Origin: Thermodesulfobacteriota bacterium
Lineage (GTDB): Bacteria > Desulfobacterota_D > UBA1144 > Nemesobacterales > Mycalebacteriaceae
DNA: 64,000 nucleotides
NCBI GenBank assembly: GCA_965226585.1
Contig: OZ245366.1
Location: 1,088,001 to 1,152,000, forward strand
Direction of reading: 5' to 3'
Under the pieces are notes generated by a model. It was not told the DNA's origin. It was given only the letters and a program-made list of their open reading frames with translations, and made no database searches. Below are positions 22,131-31,064 of the stretch, one piece after another. Position 1 is the first letter of the stretch; each line of letters opens with the position of its first letter. Both the position numbers and the translations under genes were made by a program.

Positions 22131-22911
22131 TTTTCTTGAGGATAACCGCAAGTCCTTTAAGAGTAAGCAGCGGGTCGGTTGAGGATACGGTTTCGCATTT
22201 GCCCGAAAGCAGTGATGAAAAGCCGCCGGTTGCGACAATCTCCGCTTCCTCCTTCATTTCTGACAACAGCGCGCGCGCCATAGCGTCAATCATTTTCGCG
22301 TAGCCGAACATTGTTCCGGACTTTATGCAATCTTCGGTGTTCGCGCCAATCACAGACGGCGGAAAACCCTGCGGAACTGGTGGCAGAGCCGGGGCGCAGT
22401 TTGCGAGGGCGTTGCGGAACGCTTCAATTCCCGCGCAGATTGAGCCGCCCAGATAGACGCCTTTTGAGGAAACGCAGTCAAAAGTGGTGGCTGTTCCGAG
22501 GTCAACCGCTATGCAGGCTTGTTTTGCGATGGCAAAAAGCGCGGCGGCGTTCGCAAGTCTGTCAATTCCGAGTGTATCCGGGGTTTCATAAGCGGTTTCA
22601 AGCCCGGTTTTCATTCCGCAGTGTGCGACAAGGGGTGAGATGCCAAAAGCGGATTCAACGGCTTTCGCGGCGTTTTCAGCGGTCTTTTGACCGGAGACGG
22701 AACCTATAACAGCCCCTTGCGGCACAGCGCGGAAGGCGTTTGAAAGTTCACCGGCAAGAGAGTCAGCGTTAGAGAGCGGAATTTCAAAATGGGCGTCAAC
22801 CTCCCAGTATGCGGGGTCTGCGCCGCAATTTTGAAAAACCGCCGCGTCAACACTTGTGTTGCCGATGTCAACCGCGAGCAGGGTGTCTTTTCTACTTTTA
22901 TCCTTTGGCAA
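22123..22911 (-). CDS. coaX: Type III pantothenate kinase
   Basis: AVDIGNT, LGIDR, VDLGTATTFD, GGSICAG, ATGG, LTLKGL. Confidence 0.94.
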   Translation of the reverse strand: MPKDKSRKDTLLAVDIGNTSVDAAVFQNCGADPAYWEVDAHFEIPLSNADSLAGELSNAFRAVPQGAVIGSVSGQKTAENAAKAVESAFGISPLVAHCGMKTGLETAYETPDTLGIDRLANAAALFAIAKQACIAVDLGTATTFDCVSSKGVYLGGSICAGIEAFRNALANCAPALPPVPQGFPPSVIGANTEDCIKSGTMFGYAKMIDAMARALLSEMKEEAEIVATGGFSSLLSGKCETVSSTDPLLTLKGLAVILKKNE

Positions 22912-22998
22912 AACCGTATAGATTTTAACATCATTACAACTTTGGCAAGTGGAGCAGGGGTGAGTTTTGCTGTTTGCCGTTTTTCACAGGAGAAATAA

Positions 22999-23187
22999 AT
23001 GTCTGACAAAGAATCAAAATTTGATGTGCGTATAGTGGAGAGAAACATAGCCGGCGGCATTGTCTCGGCGAATGATTACAAGAAGAAAATCAAAGACTTA
23101 AAGGACTCGGAAGACAACGCGGAGTTTGTGCCTATTGAAGAAGAAGAGAGAGACGGAGAAGACTCGGAGCAGGAAGAAGCGGAATGA
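22999..23187 (+). CDS. Small acidic hypothetical protein
   Basis: AGGAG ribosome-binding site, FDVRIVERNI start region, acidic tail. Confidence 0.7.
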   Translation: MSDKESKFDVRIVERNIAGGIVSANDYKKKIKDLKDSEDNAEFVPIEEEERDGEDSEQEEAE

Positions 23188-23393
23188 AAAAGTGGCAATA
23201 CAAGATTGTCCCCCTTCAAAGCATGGTGGAAACCCAGTCCAATCACGACATAGAAGTGTCCGTTGAGGAAGGAAAGTCCAGAAAGGAAGGTTCCCGCAAA
23301 AAGATGGAAACCGCCCTCAACAAACTCGGAGGCCAAGGCTGGGAGATGGTCGGCTCTTTTAGAGATTTTGTGTTGTTGAAGAAAGAGAAGTAG
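23184..23393 (+). CDS. DUF4177-like protein
   Basis: KWQYKIV...LNKLGGQGWEMV...LKK pattern; ATGA overlap. Confidence 0.75.
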   Translation: MKKWQYKIVPLQSMVETQSNHDIEVSVEEGKSRKEGSRKKMETALNKLGGQGWEMVGSFRDFVLLKKEK

Positions 23394-23411
23394 CGGAAAC
23401 TCAAATCAGAG

Positions 23412-23828
23412 TTATCTGCCGTCACCAATCGCCAGAATATTAATTCCGACCGCAAAGTCTGGTTTATTCACGCCTTCTTCAAACCTGAATCCGTCAACAA
23501 TCAACCATTTTGGTACTGACGGCTGATACTGTCTTACCCGCTTAACAGATGAGAAAAACTGAAGCGGAGAAAGGGAAGCACCTTCAATTTTCTCTATCTC
23601 TTCTTGCTCTTTATTTTCTGAATTACTGCTAACCACCCAAGCTATAAGTCCAACAACCGCAAGAACTCCAACAGCAACACCTATTGTAATAGCTACAGCA
23701 TCACCTTCGTCATACTTACATCCGTGACCTCTTTCCACAGTTGATGACGGACAGTGGTCAGCCCTCACTTTTCCAGTAAGACCTGAAGTGCACATACAAA
23801 CAGCCAGAATAAAAATTAACAATCTCAA
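23412..23828 (-). CDS. Hypothetical membrane protein
   Basis: Signal-like N-terminus plus one transmembrane segment; AT-richer than flanks; 4-bp overlap with upstream gene. Confidence 0.6.
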   Translation of the reverse strand: MRLLIFILAVCMCTSGLTGKVRADHCPSSTVERGHGCKYDEGDAVAITIGVAVGVLAVVGLIAWVVSSNSENKEQEEIEKIEGASLSPLQFFSSVKRVRQYQPSVPKWLIVDGFRFEEGVNKPDFAVGINILAIGDGR

Positions 23829-24385
23829 TTTTTGCCATCCAATTTCAGGTTTGATATTTCTTCAATTCCCTCTTTTATTGATTGTCTTGCCGCCCCCTCA
23901 TTTGCCTTTGCCAACCTTGTTGTTCCAATAAGGGCTTCCCCGAAGTTCGCCTTGTAAGTACTGGCGATGAAATTCTCCCATACTTTGTTTCCCTCTCTGT
24001 CGGATAAAGTCCAGTGTGTTGACATTCTCACTTCCATATTGATTCCAGCCAGTGGTTGGTCTAGTCCCAACAATTTGACTTGGAGTGTGTAGTCAGATTC
24101 CCCAACTTTCACTACACTGCTAAAGAGGCCGTATTTTTGTATTGACTTAATAATTGCCAGCTTCAGACCTTTGTCGCTTATCTGCGAACGCCCAAACAGT
24201 GCAGAGGTTCCCCTCCCTCCTTCTGTCAAAACATGAACTGTCGCCTTATGTTTGTTTTTCAGAGACGCACTCTCAGGCACCATTTTCTTAAAATCCGCAG
24301 GTCTGGCAAAACACCCACTCAAAAGAAGCGACAATAGAATTAAAATCCCAATAACTATAAGAATTGATAGACGGGAACGACTCAT
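23825..24385 (-). CDS. Putative lipoprotein
   Basis: GGAGG ribosome-binding site, hydrophobic stretch and LLSGC lipobox. Confidence 0.75.
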   Translation of the reverse strand: MSRSRLSILIVIGILILLSLLLSGCFARPADFKKMVPESASLKNKHKATVHVLTEGGRGTSALFGRSQISDKGLKLAIIKSIQKYGLFSSVVKVGESDYTLQVKLLGLDQPLAGINMEVRMSTHWTLSDREGNKVWENFIASTYKANFGEALIGTTRLAKANEGAARQSIKEGIEEISNLKLDGKN

Positions 24386-24431
24386 AGGAATAAACCTCCA
24401 TAAACTCCGATTGAACAAGGCGCCGGGCCTT

Positions 24432-24531
24432 GTTAGCTACCTAAACTGAGTTTAGAAGTCTGTTTATTTCCCGCAAGGGTCTTGTATTCACAGAGACCCG
24501 ACAGTGCGGGGTCTCAACTTAGGTAACTAAC
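24432..24531 (-). ncRNA. Candidate structured RNA or leader (family not recognised)
   Basis: 19-bp closing stem fully paired on the minus strand (16 Watson-Crick plus 3 G-U) enclosing nested CCCGCA/UGCGGG and GGGUCU/AGACCC stems. Confidence 0.5.
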
Positions 24532-24563
24532 GGTGTGGAGTTTATAAAGAAGGTTTCTTTGTG

Positions 24564-24857
24564 TCAAGAAACCAAAGACGATGCCAATTTGACTTTGGCT
24601 TTCAGTTTTTTCTTTTCTTTAGCCAGAGCGCGAAAAGTACATTCGGACTGAATCCCGTGCCAGAACTCTTCAGACTGCTCAAAGAATGCGCCAAAAAGAA
24701 TAGACATCTTGGGCGTAATGGAACGTTTGCCAAGAACTATCTCATTAACAGCCCTGGGCGCAACGCCAATAGCGCGAGCCATAGCATTCTGCGAAATCTT
24801 CATTGGCTTCAGATACTCCTCAAGAAGAATCTCGCCGGGTGTGATTGGTTTTCTCAT
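24564..24857 (-). CDS. higA: HigA family antitoxin (no adjacent toxin)
   Basis: [26 protein letters not shown]...[13 protein letters not shown]...FWHGIQ. Confidence 0.9.
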   Translation of the reverse strand: MRKPITPGEILLEEYLKPMKISQNAMARAIGVAPRAVNEIVLGKRSITPKMSILFGAFFEQSEEFWHGIQSECTFRALAKEKKKLKAKVKLASSLVS

Positions 24858-24893
24858 AGCAACACCCTATAACGTTACAGGGGTGAGGTCAAC

Positions 24894-26426
24894 TCACTCC
24901 CACTCAATAGTCCCCGGCGGTTTTGTGGAAATGTCATAAACCACGCGCCCTATTCCCTCAATCTCGTTGATTATGCGTGTTGAAGTTTTCTCAAGAACCT
25001 CAGGGGGGATTTTTGCCCAGTCTGCCGTCATTCCGTCTGTGCTTGTTACAGCCCTGAGCGCAATCACATTGTCATAGGTTCTGTTGTCTCCCATAACGCC
25101 AACCGTGCGCACGGGAAGAAAAACCGCAAACGCCTGCCATATCTCATCGTATATCCCGGCTTTCCGTATCTCCTCAATGTATATCGCGTCTGCGCGGCGG
25201 AGCATATCAAGAGCTTCCGGAGAAATCTCTCCAAGCACACGTATCGCAAGACCGGGACCGGGAAACGGATGACGCCCCAGAATATTGTCCGCAAGACCAA
25301 GATGACTGCCAACCCTTCTGACCTCATCCTTGAAAAGTTCGCAAAGCGGCTCCACAAGTTTAAGATTCATCTTCTCCGGCAACCCCCCAACATTGTGATG
25401 GGTTTTGATTGTTACCGCCGAACCATGCGCCGCCGCGCTCTCTATGACATCGGGATAGAGAGTTCCCTGAGCCAGAAACTCAGCGCCTTCTATCTTCTTC
25501 GCCTCACGCTCAAAAACCTCAATGAACTCGCGCCCTATGATTTTCCTCTTCTCCTCAGGGTCTGAAACACCTTTCAGTTTGCCGATAAAACGCTCCCCTT
25601 CATTCACCCTTCTGACCTCAATGCCCGATTTGTCAAACATCTCCACAACCTCATCACCCTCGCCCAGACGCAAAAGCCCGGTGTCAACAAAGATGCAGAC
25701 AAGAGACCTTCCCACCGCCTCGCGCACAAGAGCCGCCGTTACGGACGAATCAACACCGCCCGAAAGACCGCAGATAACCCGCGACTTTCCAACCCGCTTT
25801 TTCACCGCCTCAACCGCGCGGTCAATAAACGCCTCAGGCGTCCACGATTTTTCGCATCCGGCAATTTTGAAAAGAAAATTGGCAATTATCTCCCCGCCGC
25901 GCGGAGTGTGGGCAACTTCAGGATGAAACTGCGTTCCAAATATCCGCCTGCCTTCGTGCTTAACCGCCGCAAAAGGCGCGCTTTTTGTCCGGGCGGTGGA
26001 AACAAAACCATCGGGCAAACGCGAAACCCTGTCTCCGTGAGACATCCACACATCGGCGGATGAGGAAAACCCTCCGAACAAACCGCCAGAGTCAACTATC
26101 TCTATGGCCGCGGGACCAAACTCCCGCTCTTGAGACCGCTCAACCTCGCCGCCAAGCATACGGACAATCATCTGCATCCCGTAGCATATTCCCAAAACCG
26201 GAACGCCGGACTCAAGAATGGCGGCATCAAGCAAGGGCGCGCCCTCATCCCATACGCTTCGGGGACCTCCCGACAAAACTATCGCTGAGGGCGAAATCCC
26301 GCGCACCTCTTCCGCCGTAACCGTGTGCGGTTTAATCTCTGAAAAAACGCCCTGCTCGCGAATGCGGCGGGCTATAATCCGGGTGTATTGAGACCCGAAA
26401 TCGATGACAAGAACGGTTTGTTTCAT
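24894..26426 (-). CDS. guaA: GMP synthase
   Basis: DFGSQYT, GICYGMQ, QFHPEV, SGGVDS, KPPGTIEWE. Confidence 0.98.
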   Translation of the reverse strand: MKQTVLVIDFGSQYTRIIARRIREQGVFSEIKPHTVTAEEVRGISPSAIVLSGGPRSVWDEGAPLLDAAILESGVPVLGICYGMQMIVRMLGGEVERSQEREFGPAAIEIVDSGGLFGGFSSSADVWMSHGDRVSRLPDGFVSTARTKSAPFAAVKHEGRRIFGTQFHPEVAHTPRGGEIIANFLFKIAGCEKSWTPEAFIDRAVEAVKKRVGKSRVICGLSGGVDSSVTAALVREAVGRSLVCIFVDTGLLRLGEGDEVVEMFDKSGIEVRRVNEGERFIGKLKGVSDPEEKRKIIGREFIEVFEREAKKIEGAEFLAQGTLYPDVIESAAAHGSAVTIKTHHNVGGLPEKMNLKLVEPLCELFKDEVRRVGSHLGLADNILGRHPFPGPGLAIRVLGEISPEALDMLRRADAIYIEEIRKAGIYDEIWQAFAVFLPVRTVGVMGDNRTYDNVIALRAVTSTDGMTADWAKIPPEVLEKTSTRIINEIEGIGRVVYDISTKPPGTIEWE

Positions 26427-26457
26427 TGCGCGCGCCGTTTCCCGCAGTTGGAATTTT

Positions 26458-27933
26458 TCACTCTATTCTGTAGTTCGGAGCCTCGCGGGTGATGATAACG
26501 TCGTGAACGTGCCCTTCCCTGTGTCCCGCGTTTGTTATGCGGACGAAACTGTCGTATTTATTCAAATCTTTGACGGTTGAACAGCCAACATAACCCATTC
26601 CAGACCTCAAACCGCCGACCATTTGATACACGATGCCGCCAAGTGTGCCTCTGTATGGAACCCTTCCCTCTATGCCTTCGGGAACTAACTTTCCGGCTTC
26701 CTTTATGTTTTCCTGAGCGTAGCGGTCGCGGCTTTTTCCGTCTCGCATGGACTCTATTGAACCCATCCCTCTGTAAACCTTGTAGGTTCTGCCCTGAAAC
26801 AAAACAACCTCTCCGGGCGCCTCATCAGTGCCGGCAAACATGTTTCCAACCATCACGGAAGAAGCCCCGAATGCGATGGCTTTTACAACATCTCCCGAAA
26901 ACTTTACTCCGCCGTCCGCTATGACGGGAATTTTTTTCCGCGCCGCAACTGAATACACTTTTGAAATGGCGGTTATCTGAGGCATTCCCACTCCGGCGAC
27001 AACCCTTGTTGTGCATATTGAACCGGGACCGACCCCAACCTTCAGAGCATCCGCCCCCGCAGAGATAAGCGTTTGCGCGGCTTCGGAGGTTACGATGTTT
27101 CCCGCAACAACCTCAAGACCGGAAAAATTGGACTTAATCTCTTTGACGCTTTCTATGACTCTTTTTGAATGGGCATGAGCGGTGTCAACAAAAACCACAT
27201 CACAGCCGGCGGCTCTGAGGCTGTCAACCCTTGCGTCTCTGTCTGAATCCACACCAACTGCGGCGGCGCATCTGAGGCGTCCGAAACTGTCTTTTGAAGC
27301 GTCCGGGAACTTTCTTATCTTCTCTATGTCTTTCATCGTTATCATGCCCTTGAGACGGAAACGGGAATCAACAACGGGAAGCTTTTCTATGCGGAACTTG
27401 TGCAGAAGGTCTGTCGCCTTGTCGGTGGTAACCTTGCCCTCTCTGACTGTTACAAGACGGTCTTTCGGGGTCATGATGTCTCTGACGGATTTTGAAAGCC
27501 GCTTCTCAAACCTGAGGTCGCGGTTTGTTATTATGCCAACCAGAACGCCGTTATCTTCTGTTACGGGAAGCCCCGTTATGGCGTTTGAAGTCATGATGTC
27601 TAACGCCTCTTTCGCGGTGTGGGAGGGCTGAACGGTAAGCGGGTTGATTATCATTCCGCTTTCGTATTTTTTCACCTTCTCCACCTCTGCCGACTGGGAC
27701 TTGATGTCAAGGTTTCTGTGAATTACGCCAATCCCCCCTTCCTGCGCCATCGCTATGGCGGTTTTGGATTCCGTAACCGTGTCCATCGCCGCGCTGATAA
27801 GGGGAATTTTCAGTTTTATGGATTTTGTGAGATTTGTTGAGACATCAACATCTCCGGGCAGAACGGCGGAAAGAGCCGGAACAAGCAGTATGTCGTCAAA
27901 TGTGAATGCCTGTTCAATTTTTTTGTCCGGCAT
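26458..27933 (-). CDS. guaB: IMP dehydrogenase
   Basis: [21 protein letters not shown] pair, [15 protein letters not shown]. Confidence 0.98.
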   Translation of the reverse strand: MPDKKIEQAFTFDDILLVPALSAVLPGDVDVSTNLTKSIKLKIPLISAAMDTVTESKTAIAMAQEGGIGVIHRNLDIKSQSAEVEKVKKYESGMIINPLTVQPSHTAKEALDIMTSNAITGLPVTEDNGVLVGIITNRDLRFEKRLSKSVRDIMTPKDRLVTVREGKVTTDKATDLLHKFRIEKLPVVDSRFRLKGMITMKDIEKIRKFPDASKDSFGRLRCAAAVGVDSDRDARVDSLRAAGCDVVFVDTAHAHSKRVIESVKEIKSNFSGLEVVAGNIVTSEAAQTLISAGADALKVGVGPGSICTTRVVAGVGMPQITAISKVYSVAARKKIPVIADGGVKFSGDVVKAIAFGASSVMVGNMFAGTDEAPGEVVLFQGRTYKVYRGMGSIESMRDGKSRDRYAQENIKEAGKLVPEGIEGRVPYRGTLGGIVYQMVGGLRSGMGYVGCSTVKDLNKYDSFVRITNAGHREGHVHDVIITREAPNYRIE

Positions 27934-27963
27934 ATCAGGACTCCGCGCGGAAATATGCGGCCA

Positions 27964-28659
27964 TTACTTCCTTTTTCTCCCTGAAGACGCGGAGCTTTTG
28001 CCTTTCGGTTTTGCCGGAGTTTTGGGCGCGGGTTTGGATTTTTTCGGAGCGGGTTTGGGCTTGGGAGCGGGTTTTGCCGCCTTCTTCACCTGTTTCTTCA
28101 CGGGCGCGGGAGCCGCCTTTTTTGGAGCGGGCTTTTTCTTCGGAGCCGGTTTCGCTGAAGGCTTGGGCTTTGCCGCAGGCTTGGGCTTTGCCACAGGTTT
28201 GGGCTTTGCCGCAGGTTTAGGCTTTGCCGCAGGCTTAGGCTTTGCCGCAGGCTTAGGCTTTGCCGCAGGTTTAGGCTTTGCCGCAGGTTTGGGCTTTGCC
28301 GCAGGCTTAGGTTTCGCGGCGGGTTTTGCCGTCGGTTTTGGCTTCGCTGAAGAGGCGGGTTTGGAAACCGGCTGGGCGGGCGGCTTGGAGGTGAAAATAT
28401 CCACTACCTTGTCGCGAAGTTCAGGGTGAGCAACCGTGAGCTCTATCTCTATCTCCTGCGTTTTCTCGCCAATAACAACGAATATCGGCACTATGCCTAT
28501 GAAAGTGGTTTGCTTTTTATCGCCGTCAACTCTTTCAAAGTCGAGAGCGGACATCAGTTTTTTCGGAAAACTCTGGAGCAAGGTTTCGCCAAGGTCAATG
28601 CTCTGCTGTGGAAGAAGCCCGTCCTGACTGATGCTAATCTTTATTGAAGTAGGTTTCAT
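27964..28659 (-). CDS. Protein with unknown N-terminal domain and histone H1-like Ala/Lys/Pro-rich tail
   Basis: AKPKPA repeats and basic C-terminus; start placed at MKPTSIK to avoid overlap with the divergent AAA gene. Confidence 0.75.
   Translation of the reverse strand: MKPTSIKISISQDGLLPQQSIDLGETLLQSFPKKLMSALDFERVDGDKKQTTFIGIVPIFVVIGEKTQEIEIELTVAHPELRDKVVDIFTSKPPAQPVSKPASSAKPKPTAKPAAKPKPAAKPKPAAKPKPAAKPKPAAKPKPAAKPKPAAKPKPVAKPKPAAKPKPSAKPAPKKKPAPKKAAPAPVKKQVKKAAKPAPKPKPAPKKSKPAPKTPAKPKGKSSASSGRKRK
28156..28317. repeat. Nine tandem 18-bp units encoding AKPKP(A/V/S)
   Basis: Units of the form CGCAGGYTTRGGCTTTGC with mostly synonymous variation. Confidence 0.95.
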
Positions 28660-28806
28660 CTGCGGGTGTAAGGGTTTTATGCTAACAAATATCCGTTCAC
28701 AAATCAAGAACTGAAAAAGCGCGGGCGGCGGACTGAAACCCTCGGAGAGTTTGCGAAAGTGGAATGTTGCCGTATAGTTATCTCCGGCTGGTATTTCTGC
28801 GGGAAG

Positions 28807-29757
28807 ATGAGCGATAAAATTTTTCAGCAAATCCGGAAGGAGCTCGACAGGCACATCATAGGCCACAGCGAGGTCAAGACCGCCCTGCTCCTCGGTCTTC
28901 TGTCAAGAGAACACATATACATAGAGGGAACTCCGGGAACCGCGAAAACGATGCTTTCCGAGATTGTGGCGGCGTGCGCGCAGTTGAAATTTTTCTTCTA
29001 TCAGCTCCACAGAGACACACGCCTTTCGGAACTTGTGGGCGATATGGTTATCTCCAAAGAGTCTGTGGATGAGGAAGAGATAATACGGCAGAAGATAGTG
29101 AAGGGAGGAATTCTCACCTCGGAAATTTGCCTGCTTGACGACATCTCAAGGGCTCCCGGAGAATCTTTGAACGTGCTTCTCCGCATACTTAACGAAAGGA
29201 AATTTTTTGAAGACCCTCTGCCCCTCATGACGGCGATTGCCACAAGCAACCCCACGGCGGACGAATACTACAACGAGCCGCTTGACCCCGCCAACCTCGA
29301 CAGATTTGTGCTTCAAATAAAGTCATTCGGCACGGCATACAAACGCGACTGGGATCTTGCGGGCGACATAATCTCCCTCTACTCGTCAAGAGACGAGGAA
29401 GTGGAAGTCCCCAAACTTCTGGAAAGAGGAGCATTGGACAAACTGCATGAGCAGGTCAAGGCGGCTCCCATACCCAAAGCGGTGCAGAACGGGCTTAAAG
29501 AGTTCATCCGCATACTTGTTGAGGATTTCGGGCTGGACGAAACCAACTCACTTATCTCAGACAGAACCTTCTTTGTGAAGGCGCTTAAAATAATCAGGGC
29601 TTACGCCGTGCTGAACGGAAGAAAATCCTGCACAATGCAAGACCTTGAAGTGCTGAAATACATAACCGTTTTCCGCATTCCGCCGGAAGTTTACGCTCAG
29701 ATTGACGCAATTCTTGAGCAGATAAAATCTAAAAAAAAAACCGTGACGAAGAGCTGA
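28807..29757 (+). CDS. MoxR/RavA-type AAA+ ATPase (upstream frame of a possible frameshifted AAA-VWA gene)
   Basis: GTPGTAKT Walker A, CLLDDISR Walker B, LNVLLRILNER, IATSN, LDRF. Confidence 0.9.
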   Translation: MSDKIFQQIRKELDRHIIGHSEVKTALLLGLLSREHIYIEGTPGTAKTMLSEIVAACAQLKFFFYQLHRDTRLSELVGDMVISKESVDEEEIIRQKIVKGGILTSEICLLDDISRAPGESLNVLLRILNERKFFEDPLPLMTAIATSNPTADEYYNEPLDPANLDRFVLQIKSFGTAYKRDWDLAGDIISLYSSRDEEVEVPKLLERGALDKLHEQVKAAPIPKAVQNGLKEFIRILVEDFGLDETNSLISDRTFFVKALKIIRAYAVLNGRKSCTMQDLEVLKYITVFRIPPEVYAQIDAILEQIKSKKKTVTKS

Positions 29758-31064
29758 ACCAGCCCCCTCCTGAACAGGAAAATCAAGAGCCGGAATCTCT
29801 GTCTGAGTTCGACAAAGACCTCCCCGAAGAAGGCGACAAAGAGGAACTTCCGGATGAAGATTCGGAAAAAGAAGCGGAAGAAGAGCACGACTCTGCGCGG
29901 GAAACTTTCTTTCAGGTTATGAAAGACATGCAGGATGAAAAGATGCAGCCGCCCGAAGGAATGGATATTCCTTCAGACCCCAAAGGACAGCCCGACCAGA
30001 ATGCGGGCGAAGACGAGCAGAAGGAGTTGTCTGAAAAGACGACTTCAAGCAAATCCGTGCGTCCGGGAGACATTGAGGAGAACGCGGCGGCGGCATACAG
30101 AAACCATGAGACGGCGAAAAACATCAAACGGATAATGAAAGTTCTTGAGGGAAGTTTCCAGAGAAGCATGGCGACAAAAACCAGTCACCCCGGCGGAATG
30201 CCGAGGCGGTGGAAAAAGATGAACACCCTTGAACTGGAAGACGCTGACCCTCTGGAGTTTTTCCTGTGGTCTGACACCACCTCGCCGACGCTTCCCCGGG
30301 TTCAGATGAGAGAAAAAGAGTCCACAGGCGGGGAGATAGCGATTTTGCGGGACGTGAGCACCTCAATGATGGGCATTTACAGCGAGTGGGCGTCATCGGT
30401 TGTGCGCGGCGTTATGGAACTTGCCAGAAAAAAGAACATGAGGGTCGGCTACCTTGAGTTCAACCACAAAGCAGACCCTTACCGCAGGCAGAAAGGCAGA
30501 AGAAGTTTCTTCACCAGAGAATACCCCTGGCTTCTGGACATAGCGTCAGAAACGGACTGCTCCGGCAACACGAATTACGAGGAAGCCCTGAAAAACACGG
30601 TTGAGGAGTTCAAGGGGCGCGGACGGAGAAACAAGCACATCCTTTTCTTAACAGACGGCATACCGACTTCGGGAGACATATCTTTCGGCGATGACAATTC
30701 TCATCAGGCGGGGCGTCCGAACAGCGATGAGAAACAGCTGATTGAGTACTTGAATGCGGGGCGGCTTGAGCCGGGGGAAAAACCGCGCCCCTTGCGTGAA
30801 ATAGTAAAAAGAACACAGCGGCTCGGCATCCGCATACACTCAATTTTTATCGGCTCTAAAACGTATCCAAAAATCCTGCAGAGAATTTCAGAGGAGACAA
30901 GCGGCACTCAGTTTGTCGCTTTCAGAAACGATGACAGAATTATGCAGGTTGAGCGCAGGGACAAGTTTATGTCCAAACTTCTGGGAAAAGATATTGACAG
31001 TTTCGACCCGATAAAAGCCGCGTTCACACAGCGCCGCATTCACACCGTAACGGGAAAACTTTAA
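29733..31064 (+). CDS. Acidic linker plus VWA (MIDAS) domain, ViaA-like; frame open from 29733, first ATG at 29919
   Basis: DVSTSM (DxSxS), SGNTNY, ILFLTDG; the frame opens inside the A10 run directly after a TAA at 29730. Confidence 0.85.
   Translation, partial: KKNRDEELNQPPPEQENQEPESLSEFDKDLPEEGDKEELPDEDSEKEAEEEHDSARETFFQVMKDMQDEKMQPPEGMDIPSDPKGQPDQNAGEDEQKELSEKTTSSKSVRPGDIEENAAAAYRNHETAKNIKRIMKVLEGSFQRSMATKTSHPGGMPRRWKKMNTLELEDADPLEFFLWSDTTSPTLPRVQMREKESTGGEIAILRDVSTSMMGIYSEWASSVVRGVMELARKKNMRVGYLEFNHKADPYRRQKGRRSFFTREYPWLLDIASETDCSGNTNYEEALKNTVEEFKGRGRRNKHILFLTDGIPTSGDISFGDDNSHQAGRPNSDEKQLIEYLNAGRLEPGEKPRPLREIVKRTQRLGIRIHSIFIGSKTYPKILQRISEETSGTQFVAFRNDDRIMQVERRDKFMSKLLGKDIDSFDPIKAAFTQRRIHTVTGKL

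Noticed and set aside
24411..24531. Integron attC site
   Set aside because: The long inverted repeat runs GTT...AAC, the reverse of the RYYYAAC...GTTRRRY arrangement, and no integron integrase or second similar site is visible
28156..28317. CRISPR array
   Set aside because: Contiguous 18-bp units with no spacers, in frame within a coding region; no cas genes in the window
27755..28429. Plus-strand ORF with GLGFAA repeats
   Set aside because: Antisense shadow of the Ala/Lys/Pro repeat gene; also overlaps guaB
28807..31064. Calling the locus a magnesium or cobalt chelatase (chlI/chlD)
   Set aside because: The AAA motifs (GTPGTAKT, LNVLLRILNERKF) look MoxR/RavA-like and no large chelatase subunit is in the window; only the architecture is analogous
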